From contig CAVSMN010000012.1 of assembly GCA_963729045.1 (NCBI GenBank), positions 1 through 64,000 on the forward strand: a stretch of DNA of 64,000 nt, read 5' to 3'. Shown in pieces: positions 35,092 to 46,337 of this stretch. Made by a program: the position numbers and the translations under genes. Positions within the stretch are counted from its first letter, which is position 1, and the number at the start of each line of letters is the position of its first letter. This DNA is from an uncultured Nitrososphaeraceae archaeon. Lineage in GTDB: Archaea > Thermoproteota > Nitrososphaeria > Nitrososphaerales > Nitrososphaeraceae. Under the pieces are notes generated by a model. It ran no database searches. It was not told the origin of the DNA and saw only the letters and a program-made list of their open reading frames with translations.

Positions 35092-35985
35092 TTAGGACAT
35101 TTTATATTTCATTTTTTGATTAAATCTTTTTTTCTCTCTTATTATGATATCTATCTCATTATTTATCACATTTTTATGATGCATTAACGTCTCATAGATG
35201 ATCCAGTTATCGTCGACTTCCTCTATAATTGTTCCAATTCTACTTTGAGTTATCTTAAGAGTTGTAAGAATTTTATCAAAGGATCGGTTTATTTTTAAAT
35301 CTCTATTTTCTTTTAAATCTACTAATGTATGATATTCTAGGCTTTCAGTAGCATCAGAGATAGATAATGCATTTGCAAGTTTCCTAACCTCTTTTACTGT
35401 CAAGTCTTTGTTTACTATTTCCATTGCCATTTCGTGTCTCGTTGCCTGATTTTTGACATAAATTAATTCTTCTGCCACACTCGGGCTTATTTCAGATTTT
35501 GAAATTTCATCCACTATTTCCGTTGGTAAATCTAACAGCGATAGCCTTTTCGACACATAAGATGGGCTTTTTGAGATCTTTTGGGCTAGCTCAGATATGC
35601 CTCCCCATCCAAAATCAGTGGTATAAACTTTGAAGGCTCTTGCTTCCTCTATAGGATTGAGATTCTTTCTTTGAATATTTTCAACCAATGATATTTCAAA
35701 ACTGTCTTTATCATTTACCTCTATCACATGACAGGGTATTTTTTTCCATCTTAATTTTTTGCAAGCTAGGTATCGACGGATTCCAGAAATGATTTCAAAA
35801 TGGCTTTCTCTGATTCTTATGACAATTGGATGCAACAAACCATATTGTAGGATCGATAGGGCTAATTCATCTACAGTCTCGGTACCCCTTTCATGAATTG
35901 TATAATTCGGTAATTTTAACTCACTTATCTCGACTTCCTCTACTATTCCTTTCATTAATGGGCTAGCAGAGAAATTTTTCATCAT
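35092..35985 (-). CDS. parB: ParB/Spo0J family partition protein
   Basis: SILQYGLLHPIVIR, ISGIRRYLA (GxRR), ENIQRKNLNPIEEARA, HTH ELAQKISKSPSYVSKRLSLLDLP. Confidence 0.92.
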   Translation of the reverse strand: MMKNFSASPLMKGIVEEVEISELKLPNYTIHERGTETVDELALSILQYGLLHPIVIRIRESHFEIISGIRRYLACKKLRWKKIPCHVIEVNDKDSFEISLVENIQRKNLNPIEEARAFKVYTTDFGWGGISELAQKISKSPSYVSKRLSLLDLPTEIVDEISKSEISPSVAEELIYVKNQATRHEMAMEIVNKDLTVKEVRKLANALSISDATESLEYHTLVDLKENRDLKINRSFDKILTTLKITQSRIGTIIEEVDDNWIIYETLMHHKNVINNEIDIIIREKKRFNQKMKYKMS

Positions 35986-37277
35986 ATTTTATCCAATCAT
36001 ATGAAGTATTTAATCTTTAATAAAATTTTCACAATTAGATGCGGTATGATATAAATTTTCCACATAATTTCAAATTAGATTAAATATGTGGATATTATTT
36101 CTGTAGGCATATTCTGACTGCAACTTCTAATTAATGACTTTATTTAGGATTTATTGGGTTAAATCATCCGGTAACTTGCCAAGAAACAAAACAGTGGAAT
36201 TTCTGTATATCATTAAAAATGAAAAGAAGAACATGTAATTGGTCAAAGGTGAACTAACCCTTGCATTCTTAGCTGATTTATTTTTCGGACTCGGATTAAT
36301 TAAGAAAACAACTATTACTAGTATTAAGAATTTAGTATCGATACCTCATACTGGTGGCTTACTACTGAGCTAGTAACTTATATTTTCCGGTTCTATACCT
36401 AATTTTTTTCTGAACTCTTTTATTGTATCTACTAAATATGAGTAATATTTGAGACATATGAGGGGTTTATCAAAATCCTATTTAGATATGATAAGGACAT
36501 GTTTTTCAATAATACCCTTATCTAATTCTGATAATAACGATCCTATTTTAAGTACTTCGTTTCAAATATGGGTATAGTACTTATCTTACATCGGATAAGT
36601 ATTGTCAACATAATTAAAGAATCTGATTTACAGTCACATGAACCAAATGATATAGGTGAATATGGACAATGACCTTTATATTTGGTATCGCGTAAATCTA
36701 GCACCCAGATGATACAATATCTTGTAGGCTTTCTGAAGATATCTATGTCATGGGGAGTTCTGAATTATCTAATCTTATCATATCTTTATGGATAATGAGA
36801 ATTTACAAATGATGTTAAAAGTATAATTAAGAGTAATATTTGCAGAAAACTGCTACACCATCAGGATAACCCAAATCATACTTATAGGTACCCCAAAACG
36901 CATAGCAGAAGATAAAGACGATGGTGATTCTGATTCTTTGAGTTTAGGATGGGTCCTCCTGTGACCCACTCTCGGAAATCATAACTTAATTTATCATCGT
37001 TTAACAAATTTGAGAAGAATTGCCTAAGTGGGGATTCCAAATACCTCATCTAGAAACCTGGTGTTATCGATTGTTACTAAATTTGTAAAGAATCCATGTA
37101 GTTTATGGAAAAGAATTGGTGATTAGGAGAATCATTGATTTTAATTAATTAATGCATTTTTATATGCTAACTGTGTTAATGTTAGTCTTACAAAGTGTGC
37201 TTTATTGAATCATATTTCCAATGCAAATAATAGTCTAAGGATAAACTCATTTTTTAGGTATGCGTGTTACCACCTTG

Positions 37278-39392
37278 CTACTCGTTTGCTAACTTCGATA
37301 AAATCTTGTTGACCCCTTTACTCTTGCCTAATTTTTCTTGAGCCAAATGTTTGTTATGTTTTGCCTGAACGTTTTTAGGATCTATTTTTAATGTCTTGTC
37401 ATACCACTCTATAGCTTCGCCGTATCTACCTAGGTTAAATAGAGATGCACCTTTATTGAATGTGGCATTAACATGTTCTGGATGTATTTTTAGAGCCTTG
37501 TCATACCACTCTATAGCCTCACTATATTTACCTAATTCGTCAAGTGCTGAGCCCTTGTTGTTTAAAGCGTTTACGTGTTTAGGATCTATCTTTAAAGCCT
37601 TGTCATACCACTCTATAGCCTCACTATATTTACCTAATTCGTCAAGTGCTACCCCTTTGTTGTTTAAAACGTTAGCATTATGCGGTTTTAGCTTTAGCGC
37701 CTGGTCAAAGTATTCTATAGCCTTACTGTATCTTCCGAGAGTATAGTACACCCAACCTTTGTTGTTTAAAGCGTTTACGTGTTTAGGATCTATTTTTAGC
37801 GCCTTGTCATACCACTCTATAGCCTCGATATATCTTCCGAGACTATGTAGAGCCCTGCCCTTATTGTTTAGAGAATCAGCATCATTTGGTGCTAGCTTTA
37901 GCGCCTTGTCATACCACTCTATAGCCTCACTGTACCTTCCGAGGCTGTAGAATGCTGCGCCTTTGTTATTTAGAGATATTGTATATGTTGATTTTATCTC
38001 CAAAGCCTTGTCATACCACTCTATAGCCTCGATGTATCTTCCTAATTCATCAAATGCCGCGCCTTTGTTGTTTAAAGCGTTTACGTGTTTAGGATCTATT
38101 TTAAGCGCCTTGTCATACCACTCTATAGCCTCATTATATCTTCCGAGACTATGTAGAGCCCTGCCCTTGTTGTTTAAAGCGTTTACGTTTTTAGGATCTA
38201 CCTCCAAAGCCTTGTCATACCACTCTATAGCCTCGATGAACCTCCCTAATTTATCAAATGCTGAGCCCTTGTTGTTTAAAGCGTTTACGTTTTTAGGATC
38301 TACCTCCAAAGCCTTGTCATACCACTCTATAGCCTCGTAATATCTTCCGAGACTGTATCGCGCCTTGCCCTGGTTGTTTAAAGAAATCGCATCTTCGGGC
38401 TCTATTTTTAGCGCCTCATTAAACCACTCTATAGCCTCGTCATATCTTCCTAGAGTATAGTACACCCAACCCTTGTTGTTTAAAGCATTTGCGTGATTAG
38501 GATATATTTTTAGAGTCCTGTCAAAGTATTCTATAGCATCACTGTATCTTTCATGCTTATAAAGCCCAGTACCTTTGTTGTTTAAAGCGTTTACGTAATT
38601 GGGATTTATCTGCAGAGCCCGGTCAAAGTATTCTATAGCATCACCATATCTTTCAAGCTTATACAAGATTTCACCTTTGTTGTTTAGAGCGTTTACATGG
38701 GTAGGATGTATTTTTAGAGCCTTGTCATACCAGTCTATAGCCTCACTGTATCTACCTACCTTATTCAATGTAAATGCTTTATTGAGAATCGCCTCAAAAT
38801 AACGTGCATCCATTTGTAGAATCTTGTCATAGCATTCAAGGGCGTAATCATACCTGCCCAAATAGAAAAATTGGTTACCCATCAATATTAGATTCTTTAG
38901 CTCCAAGTCATGTTTAGAAAATTGTAATTCTCCTATCTTTATATCGATTATTCTGGTTTTGCATTCTGTCTCAATTTTTTCTACTTCAGTTAATACTTTT
39001 TGACATAGTTTGGCTAGTGCAATAGAAGAGTCCTGTAATTCTTGAGCCTTGCTTTCATTCTTTTGAAAGTTATCCGCTAATAATTGGTACAATAGGTTAG
39101 ATTTATGAGATAATCTTTGAAATAAATCTGAAATCTGGACTGACGCATCTGCTTTATCATCAAATATAATTGTGTTTTCAATTATCGTATAATTTAGTAA
39201 TTGATCATCGAAAATTGCTGTCCCAGAAGTAGAAGTATCATTTGTATCCCTATTAGATTCAGCGGAGGAGATATTACCAGTTTCATTTGTATTGTTCTGA
39301 TCATTAGGTGGTCTCAGATCGATTCCACAGCCGGGACAAATAGTCTCAGCATCCGATTCAAGAGAATAACCACATTGATGACAGGATGACAT
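37278..39392 (-). CDS. Zn-ribbon plus 15-TPR protein
   Basis: N-terminal CHQC...CPGC; fifteen 34-aa repeats of type NALNNKG.....LGRY.EAIEWYDKALKIDP; near-identical 102-bp DNA units. Confidence 0.93.
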   Translation of the reverse strand: MSSCHQCGYSLESDAETICPGCGIDLRPPNDQNNTNETGNISSAESNRDTNDTSTSGTAIFDDQLLNYTIIENTIIFDDKADASVQISDLFQRLSHKSNLLYQLLADNFQKNESKAQELQDSSIALAKLCQKVLTEVEKIETECKTRIIDIKIGELQFSKHDLELKNLILMGNQFFYLGRYDYALECYDKILQMDARYFEAILNKAFTLNKVGRYSEAIDWYDKALKIHPTHVNALNNKGEILYKLERYGDAIEYFDRALQINPNYVNALNNKGTGLYKHERYSDAIEYFDRTLKIYPNHANALNNKGWVYYTLGRYDEAIEWFNEALKIEPEDAISLNNQGKARYSLGRYYEAIEWYDKALEVDPKNVNALNNKGSAFDKLGRFIEAIEWYDKALEVDPKNVNALNNKGRALHSLGRYNEAIEWYDKALKIDPKHVNALNNKGAAFDELGRYIEAIEWYDKALEIKSTYTISLNNKGAAFYSLGRYSEAIEWYDKALKLAPNDADSLNNKGRALHSLGRYIEAIEWYDKALKIDPKHVNALNNKGWVYYTLGRYSKAIEYFDQALKLKPHNANVLNNKGVALDELGKYSEAIEWYDKALKIDPKHVNALNNKGSALDELGKYSEAIEWYDKALKIHPEHVNATFNKGASLFNLGRYGEAIEWYDKTLKIDPKNVQAKHNKHLAQEKLGKSKGVNKILSKLANE

Positions 39393-39881
39393 TAATATCC
39401 TTATGGTCTCTATGTATAAAAGATAATTGCAAAAGTTTACTATTAAAAATTCAGAATTAGAGCGCCTAAGAATGAAAAAACAAGAAAAAAGTTTCTAAAT
39501 TAGTTACTCCAAGTGGACATAGCATCTGCAAAATCAGACCGCATTACAATAACCAAAAATCCATTTAATTCGCAATCATTGCCCCATTATCCACGCTAAA
39601 GTATATTTGAGTACAACTTTTGAAATAGAAATCCTTGTCAATCTGTTTCATTACAAGAAACTAGATTACCCTGTTCACAAATACGCTATCAAGAAAAATC
39701 ATTATTTGAAATAACTATGTACATCAGATAAATGACAATAATGGTTTCGATTTAAGAGTCTTTAAAAAGAATTCTAATACAATCAAATGAATATTAGTCA
39801 ATAATTACAAAAAACTAAAGGTAACCAAAATTCAAAATCATTTAGGTCAATTTTAATAATAATCCAATAGAAAGCAAAGTA

Positions 39882-40886
39882 ATGGCAGGGGGAGGTGAAT
39901 CAAAGAAGGCAATCTATGCTGCATTATTTGGTAATTTGGCAATTGCCATATCAAAGCTCTTTGCAGCGTTATTTACAGGGAGTACATCTATGTGGGCTGA
40001 AACATACCATTCATTCTCGGATACTTTCAATCAGGTGCTACTTTTGGTGGGTGTGAAGACAAGCAAGAAGGAAGCAAATGAAAAGTATCCATTTGGATTT
40101 GGCAAGGAACAATACTTTTGGTCGTTTGTTGTAGCAATACTTATTTTTGGTATATCAGGAGTTTTATCTCTAGAACATGGCATAAGTTATTTTTTAAGTG
40201 AGAATGATACTCATGAAATAAAAAATACATTAATAAATTATGTGATTTTGGCAATAGCCTTTGTATTTGAAGCATATTCACTTAGAGTAGCCTATGGAAT
40301 ATTTAGAAAGAGGATAGAAGAAAGGGGTGATAAATTAACTTTACAAGTTTTTTTTACCGATCTAAAAGAAAATAAAGATACTGTTATTATAACGGTACTT
40401 GTAGAAGATTCCGCTGCTCTTTTAGGAATATTAATTGCAGCAGTAGCGTTGGCCCTTGCTGATCTTACTGGAAATCCTGCATACGACGCTATAGGCTCCC
40501 TCTTAATTGGGATATTATTAATGAGTTTTGCAATATTTTTGGCCAAGGAGAACCGAGGTATGCTTATTGGTGAAGCAATGTCCAAACGAGATTTAAAAAA
40601 GATATACGATGCAGTATCTAATATCTCAGAAGTAGAAAAAATAAAATCAATTCGTACTATGCATCTTGCACCCGAAGATGTTCTGATTGCAATTGAAGTA
40701 TATTTGATTGAGAATTTGAATACTGTCACAATCGAGTCCGTTATTGACAATATTGAAAACAAAATCAGGGAGGCCATACCTTACGCTAACCAATCAAAAA
40801 TATACGTAGAGATAGCACAAGAGAATAAGTTAAAAACCGGTAACTACAATTTGGATCAGGATGTATTCTCATATCTTTACATCTAA
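39882..40886 (+). CDS. Cation diffusion facilitator (CDF) transporter
   Basis: SMWAETYHSFSD, YPFGFGKEQY, VEDSAAL; C-terminal cytoplasmic domain. Confidence 0.9.
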   Translation: MAGGGESKKAIYAALFGNLAIAISKLFAALFTGSTSMWAETYHSFSDTFNQVLLLVGVKTSKKEANEKYPFGFGKEQYFWSFVVAILIFGISGVLSLEHGISYFLSENDTHEIKNTLINYVILAIAFVFEAYSLRVAYGIFRKRIEERGDKLTLQVFFTDLKENKDTVIITVLVEDSAALLGILIAAVALALADLTGNPAYDAIGSLLIGILLMSFAIFLAKENRGMLIGEAMSKRDLKKIYDAVSNISEVEKIKSIRTMHLAPEDVLIAIEVYLIENLNTVTIESVIDNIENKIREAIPYANQSKIYVEIAQENKLKTGNYNLDQDVFSYLYI

Positions 40887-41502
40887 CAGACATTTTCGAT
40901 GAAATTGAACACCATCCAGCGATATAAAATTTGAATCAATTATACCATTGCATTAATTCGTTGGTAACAGAAACTTTATATGAAATCTGTATATTTTAGT
41001 TACTCAATAACCAATATAGAATTTTACAACATGATTTAAAACCTAATCAAGCAAATAATGATGTTTTTGTCGATTCCAATGTCTAAGTAGTTGGAAATTG
41101 ATTAAGATTATTGATTAGGAAAATATTTGTTATTTGGCATAAACAGGTAATCTAGGTTTCCTTTTTCTTCGATCATATAAAATTCAATATTGATGTGATC
41201 TTGAGCTAGAAACCTATTTTTGTAATTGTAATCAATTTAGATCTTATTACTTTTTCATTTTTCATATGTTTCTGATCCTGATGAAACTAATTAGATAGTG
41301 TATCAAAAGAAAGAGGTTATTATTATTGTACCCTGCGCTGTGTTATCTCATTCATTTTCTTGGTTTCAGAATTTCAAGTTATTTCCCAAACCTCATGAGA
41401 CGTTGCCGGATATTATCTGAAAGTTCTTCCCTATGAATATAATCGATTAATTACTTGAGAAAAATCAGCGACCGTCTTATTAATATAATAGTTCTACGTA
41501 TA

Positions 41503-42048
41503 ATGAGTATTCAGCAACATATGAGTATGAAATTGCAAGATTTTATATGCTTTCTTTACAATAATAAAATGATAAATATACACAATCTTTTGAAAGATGA
41601 TGAAAATGGATATATAAATCGATTAAAATTACAGAAATATGTATTTTTAGCACAAACCTCTTTACAAAATGACTTTGGCTATGAGTATAATATTTATAGA
41701 AATGGTCCATATTCGCCAGACCTAGCAAATTATTGTTATGAAGGATTAGATCTTAGTAGAATATCTTCTGACATCAACGAGAAGAGGTGGACAGATAACT
41801 CGGCTTTTACCGACAGATTTTTGACTCTGTTTAAAGACAAGGAGCCTGAGTGGTTAGAGGTAGCGGCTACTCTGATAGATAGTACTAATTATTGTGAAAA
41901 TGAACAAGAGTCTCTGAATAAAGTTTACGCTATTAAATCAATGTTTAGTAGAGATTACATTGATAATATTTGGAATGAATTGAAAGATAAAAGTCTACTT
42001 CATTACGAATCCGATCTCAAATCAAAAAACTTTCTCTCCATATTCTAA
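41503..42048 (+). CDS. YwgA/Panacea (SocA-like) domain protein
   Basis: RLKLQKYVFL...FGYEYNIYRNGPYSPDL...WLEVAATL; likely ATG start at 41503. Confidence 0.65.
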   Translation: MSIQQHMSMKLQDFICFLYNNKMINIHNLLKDDENGYINRLKLQKYVFLAQTSLQNDFGYEYNIYRNGPYSPDLANYCYEGLDLSRISSDINEKRWTDNSAFTDRFLTLFKDKEPEWLEVAATLIDSTNYCENEQESLNKVYAIKSMFSRDYIDNIWNELKDKSLLHYESDLKSKNFLSIF

Positions 42049-42433
42049 TTATTTTAATTCAAAATAGCGGGTTTATTACTACAAAGTTTTAGATTAATTA
42101 AAGAAGTGATTACAGAATTCCAAGATATTGACTTTTTTCTTCTGCATACTAATGATGACTAACGTAGATAGCCTGTTAATTGGATTTCACTTTCCTCCTA
42201 AACATTCTACAATTCCTATTTTTCCAAGCTAGTGCCCATCTTTGGGACCTGATTTATCATATTCGTAAAATACAACCACATTTGTTAATCCCAAATCTAA
42301 TATGTAGACTGGTATTCTTTTGATTGTCAATTGCTGGAAATGAAACCCTTGAGTAAAATGTAACGTTGAGCTCTGTAATTATGACGCTAAGAGCATCTAG
42401 AGCATATAGGTGTGCATATGTGATACCTGTCCA

Positions 42434-42649
42434 TTAGACAATCTTATTTGTGCGTATGAATTCTCTTAAAGCAGATGACTCTTCCTTATATGCCTTAATC
42501 GTGTAAACTTTCCCATCTGGACATTTTAGTGATACCCTTACTATGGTGGTCTCTATATCTGAAGCATACACTGGTGGTTCTATCTTTTCTATTTTGCAAT
42601 CAGCAGCAAGTAATTTCTTTAATTCGGAAATACTCTTAAATTCTGACAA
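42434..42649 (-). CDS. Small hypothetical protein
   Basis: 71-aa ORF with globular composition and a TATA-like element upstream. Confidence 0.65.
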   Translation of the reverse strand: MSEFKSISELKKLLAADCKIEKIEPPVYASDIETTIVRVSLKCPDGKVYTIKAYKEESSALREFIRTNKIV

Positions 42650-42759
42650 GAAAAATCACATACTATTATTAATTACTAATTTATAAAAAGTGTTTTGGAT
42701 GCGTTGATTCAATCTACAAGAACAGGTAAATTGTAATCGTATTATTTTTTATAGTGGTA

Positions 42760-43341
42760 CTAGAAGGAATCAAATCCCCCAGTATCCATTCCACCAACGT
42801 CCATATCGCTGTAATCACCTGTATCGCCTGTATCAGATGCCGATCCTGAATCATCAGCTCCCGATCCTCCTGATTCGGCTGCTTGTGCATCACTCTGAGT
42901 ACTTTCAGATGGATTCATTGACATTCCCATAAAAGACATCATAGAGGTAAACATTACTGCGTTTAATAGCCCAGAAAATAGCATCATCGGCATCCACATT
43001 CTGTTATCATTCATATAACTTTGCATTTGACCCTTATTGCCGGTTTCATAGAGTTGTTGGAGATATTTGGATTTATTGACCAGTTCTTGTTTTTTTGATT
43101 CCAGTATTTTGAATCCTGTTTCGGTAACATAAACTTCAATTTTCTTGTTACCAAAAAAGCCTTTTTTTGTCTGCTTGATGATTAGTTTTTGGGTTTGTAA
43201 ATCATTTACAATCAATTCTACTTCATCTTTGGATAACTTTGTAAGCTTGGCTATGTCGTCTATCTTTTTCATACCCCTAGAGATTGCGTCTAATACCATG
43301 AAATGATTCGGACTTTGACTAAATCCATTATCTGGAGACAT
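42760..43341 (-). CDS. Winged-helix (MarR-like) protein with Met-rich segment and acidic Gly/Asp tail, copy 1
   Basis: IDDIAKLTKLSKDEVELIVNDL...LI...ITETG wHTH; paralog of 45635-46234. Confidence 0.8.
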   Translation of the reverse strand: MSPDNGFSQSPNHFMVLDAISRGMKKIDDIAKLTKLSKDEVELIVNDLQTQKLIIKQTKKGFFGNKKIEVYVTETGFKILESKKQELVNKSKYLQQLYETGNKGQMQSYMNDNRMWMPMMLFSGLLNAVMFTSMMSFMGMSMNPSESTQSDAQAAESGGSGADDSGSASDTGDTGDYSDMDVGGMDTGGFDSF

Positions 43342-44279
43342 GTATGTGTATAATGAAGAAATTATTTAAGTCTTAAATGGCTGATAACTATTTTCTAATG
43401 ATAAAGACGAATCAAGTCATTGAATGAACTAAATTATACGAACAAAAACATTATCTTCGAGCATTTATACTTTAAATACTCGGCGCTTTTGTAATTTTGT
43501 AACCTCAACAAGAATCATTCAAATCCTGTAATATAATTTTAAAAAGCCAAAGCCTAATTTGACAAGCCTAGTAAGAAAGCATACTCGGTTACTTCTATCT
43601 GAATAAATTCATTGTAAAGCCATCATGCATTGACTTTGCCTCTTTTCTATATTTATTCCCTTTTTTTACCCATTTTCTATGAGATTGAAAAAACAGAAAG
43701 TTGAGAAATGTGTAGCCTCTTCTCAAATCTAATCATTTTAGTCCTATCATTTGTTTCCAATTATTATAGTTATTAAATACAATTTTTCTTCAATTAAAAA
43801 TAGTAATGATATATATTCAACTGTAAAAAGAATTTCAAACTCAAATTTATTTTTGTGATACCTTACAAGAGATAGAGATTGGAATATGCTTCTGGTAACG
43901 ATGATTCCTTTATTCAATGGTTTTGCACCATAAGATTTTTTTTGAGATGGGTCTTATGATCAATTTTCAACTGCTTCCCAACAAAGTATAGCTCTTTGCA
44001 AAACTCAAAATGTTAAACACGATGAGGAACGATCATGAATTCATTTAATTATGAGAATTCGTGGGTAGTAATGGTAGTAACCACACTGTCATAGAGACAG
44101 CTAAAAAATTCATTCTTTGTAATACTATCTTAATAAAATATCAATTATTGTTAGATAAAGTAATTTGTAAATTTTTGACTATAATAAAAAAGCGTAGTCT
44201 TGTTATTTAATATTATTCTGGCAAATAAATTTAGTATCAAGTATCTAAGCTATAATATAGTTAATTTTAACTAAATAGA

Positions 44280-44561
44280 ATGATTATATTGAGTAACATA
44301 ACAAGAATACATAAGATAAGAATTATTTTTGCAACGCTACTTGGGGTTTCTATGATTGCATCACTTGCTACATTTGATTACATGATGGTTCAAGCATCTA
44401 GTGGGAAAAATGACAATGCAGGGCAGCAAGTTGATAAGCAAGGCCAATGGGTTAGCCAGGGAGCACAATGTGTATCTGGAGAGGATGTTCGGTTTGCATG
44501 TAATAACGTTGGAATTCAATCACAAGAACAACGAGGCCATTTGGCAGCAGGTCAGCAGTGA
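44280..44561 (+). CDS. Secreted N/Q/G-rich small protein (one repeat unit)
   Basis: Signal peptide; AGQQVDKQGQ...QCVSG...ACNNVGIQSQEQRGH.AAGQ aligns with the repeat of 47994-48446. Confidence 0.7.
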   Translation: MIILSNITRIHKIRIIFATLLGVSMIASLATFDYMMVQASSGKNDNAGQQVDKQGQWVSQGAQCVSGEDVRFACNNVGIQSQEQRGHLAAGQQ

Positions 44562-44912
44562 CCTTTTTTTGATATACTAATCAAGCGTTCATAAAATGTG
44601 CTTTCCTTATGATAGTTTCTTGGTTCTAATTACAAGTTATTTGCAATTCAACTTTTTGAATTATTTTAGATTATATTAAATGAAGTTCCTCAAAGGCAAA
44701 AATATGACTAGGCCAGGGTTCTTTCAGAAGGATAAGTTTGGGACGAGTAATCTCGTATTAATATATTGATAATATTACAACTTATAGAACTAAAAGAATA
44801 GATATGCTTTATATCCATAAAATCATTTAGGTGTAGATTTGTACCAAAATAAATCTATCAAATGTTTAGGATCAACAATAAATAGCCGAGTGTTAACTAC
44901 CAGAATGTAAAT

Positions 44913-45324
44913 ATGATAAGAATGGTTTTGCTATTCATATTTTTTTCGCTCCTTCTTCTCAGTTATTATGGGGTAGTATGGAGTATTCAAGACAGCAATT
45001 CTACAATCACAATAAATCCTGGAGCTACAAATAGCGCTAGTCAAAATCCAATAGCTCCTAGAAATACAACTGTGTCAGAGGGATCAACTATTATTTGGCT
45101 TAATAATGATTCCACTCCACATCTAATAGTATCTGGAACGCCAGATCAAGGTCCATCAAACATATTTTATGGAGATTATATTCGGTGCCGGTGAATCATA
45201 CAATATAACCTTCGATAATGCTGGAGTTTACAACTATTACGATCCCACTTGGAGTCATATTAAAGGTCAAATAACTGTAGTACCAAACAACGAAACAGAT
45301 GTGGAAAATAATGATGGGGGCTAA
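44913..45324 (+). CDS. Cupredoxin-fold protein lacking Cys/Met copper ligands (frameshift near 45180)
   Basis: IIWLNNDSTPHLIVSG then, in another frame, GESYNITFDNAGVYNYYDPTWSHIKGQITV...GG* at 45324. Confidence 0.75.
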
Positions 45325-45634
45325 GCAAGCAATTATTGGTCATGGTACTACCAAGTAGTACCAATTAATCATCATTTGAATTATTTCCATAACATATTCG
45401 ATCAAGCCAGTGAATTGATAATTTATCTCGATTCTAAGAGCAAATAACATATCATCGGCAATAGGGTAAATCATCTAACTCGTTTATCTTCTATAGTGAT
45501 TCAAAGTGGATGAGGAATCACTCATGTCAAATCAAAAATTCCTCTGCTGACAGGATGTAGTAACAGCCGATTATTCATAAAAATCGATTTTGGCTGTGAT
45601 CTAAAAAAAATAATCGTTATTGAATTATCTCATT

Positions 45635-46234
45635 CTAGAATGAATCAAATCCTCCGGTATCCATTCCGCTATCAGCACCCATATCGCTAAAACCACCTGT
45701 GTCACCTGTATCTGATGCACCTGTATCCGATGCGGCTCCTGAATCTTCAGCCCCAGCTCCTCCTGAATCATCTACTTGCCCTTCAGTTTGAGCACTTTCC
45801 GCTGGGTTCATTGCCATTCCCATAAAGGCCATCATAGATCCAAACATTACCATACTCATTAGCCCAGAAAATAACATCATCGGCATCCAGCTCCTATTAT
45901 CGTCCATCATGCTCTGCATTTGACCCCTATTACCGGTTTCATAGAGTTGTTGAAGCCTTTGAGATGTATGTGACAGTTCCTGTTTTTTTGAATCTAGCAG
46001 TTTCATGCCTGTTTCTGAAATATGAAACTCAGTTTTCTTGTTGCCAAAAAAACCCTTCTTAACTACTGCGTTAATCAATTTCTGATTTCTTAGGTCATTT
46101 ACTATCAATTCTACTTCATCTTTGGATAACTTTGTAACTTTGGCAATGCTGTCTATCTTTTTCATACCCCTAGAGATTGCGTCTAATACCATGAAATGAT
46201 TCGGACTTTGACTAAAATTATTATTTGAAGACAT
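45635..46234 (-). CDS. Winged-helix protein with Met-rich segment and acidic Gly/Asp tail, copy 2
   Basis: Colinear paralog of 42760-43341; 66-bp identical block; both end MDTGGFDSF. Confidence 0.8.
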   Translation of the reverse strand: MSSNNNFSQSPNHFMVLDAISRGMKKIDSIAKVTKLSKDEVELIVNDLRNQKLINAVVKKGFFGNKKTEFHISETGMKLLDSKKQELSHTSQRLQQLYETGNRGQMQSMMDDNRSWMPMMLFSGLMSMVMFGSMMAFMGMAMNPAESAQTEGQVDDSGGAGAEDSGAASDTGASDTGDTGGFSDMGADSGMDTGGFDSF

Positions 46235-46337
46235 AATTATTTATGAACAAATAATTATTTAAACTATAGATGTTTTCATGTTTGAATTTTATATCTATCT
46301 TGAGAAACGATGTATAAGAACCAAGTTCATGTTTATA

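Noticed and set aside
37396..38802. Plus-strand ORFs within the TPR gene, and similar shadow ORFs opposite the MFS, NhaP, GH5, CDF, cupredoxin and patatin genes
   Set aside because: Antisense to well-supported genes, with no independent motifs.
37380..38880. TPR DNA repeats as a CRISPR array or DGR target
   Set aside because: They are in-frame coding repeats; no reverse transcriptase, template repeat or adenine-specific variation is visible.
45343..45363. Hairpin TGGTACTAC-CAA-GTAGTACCA
   Set aside because: Ordinary 3-prime stem just after a stop codon; nothing further supports a distinct element.
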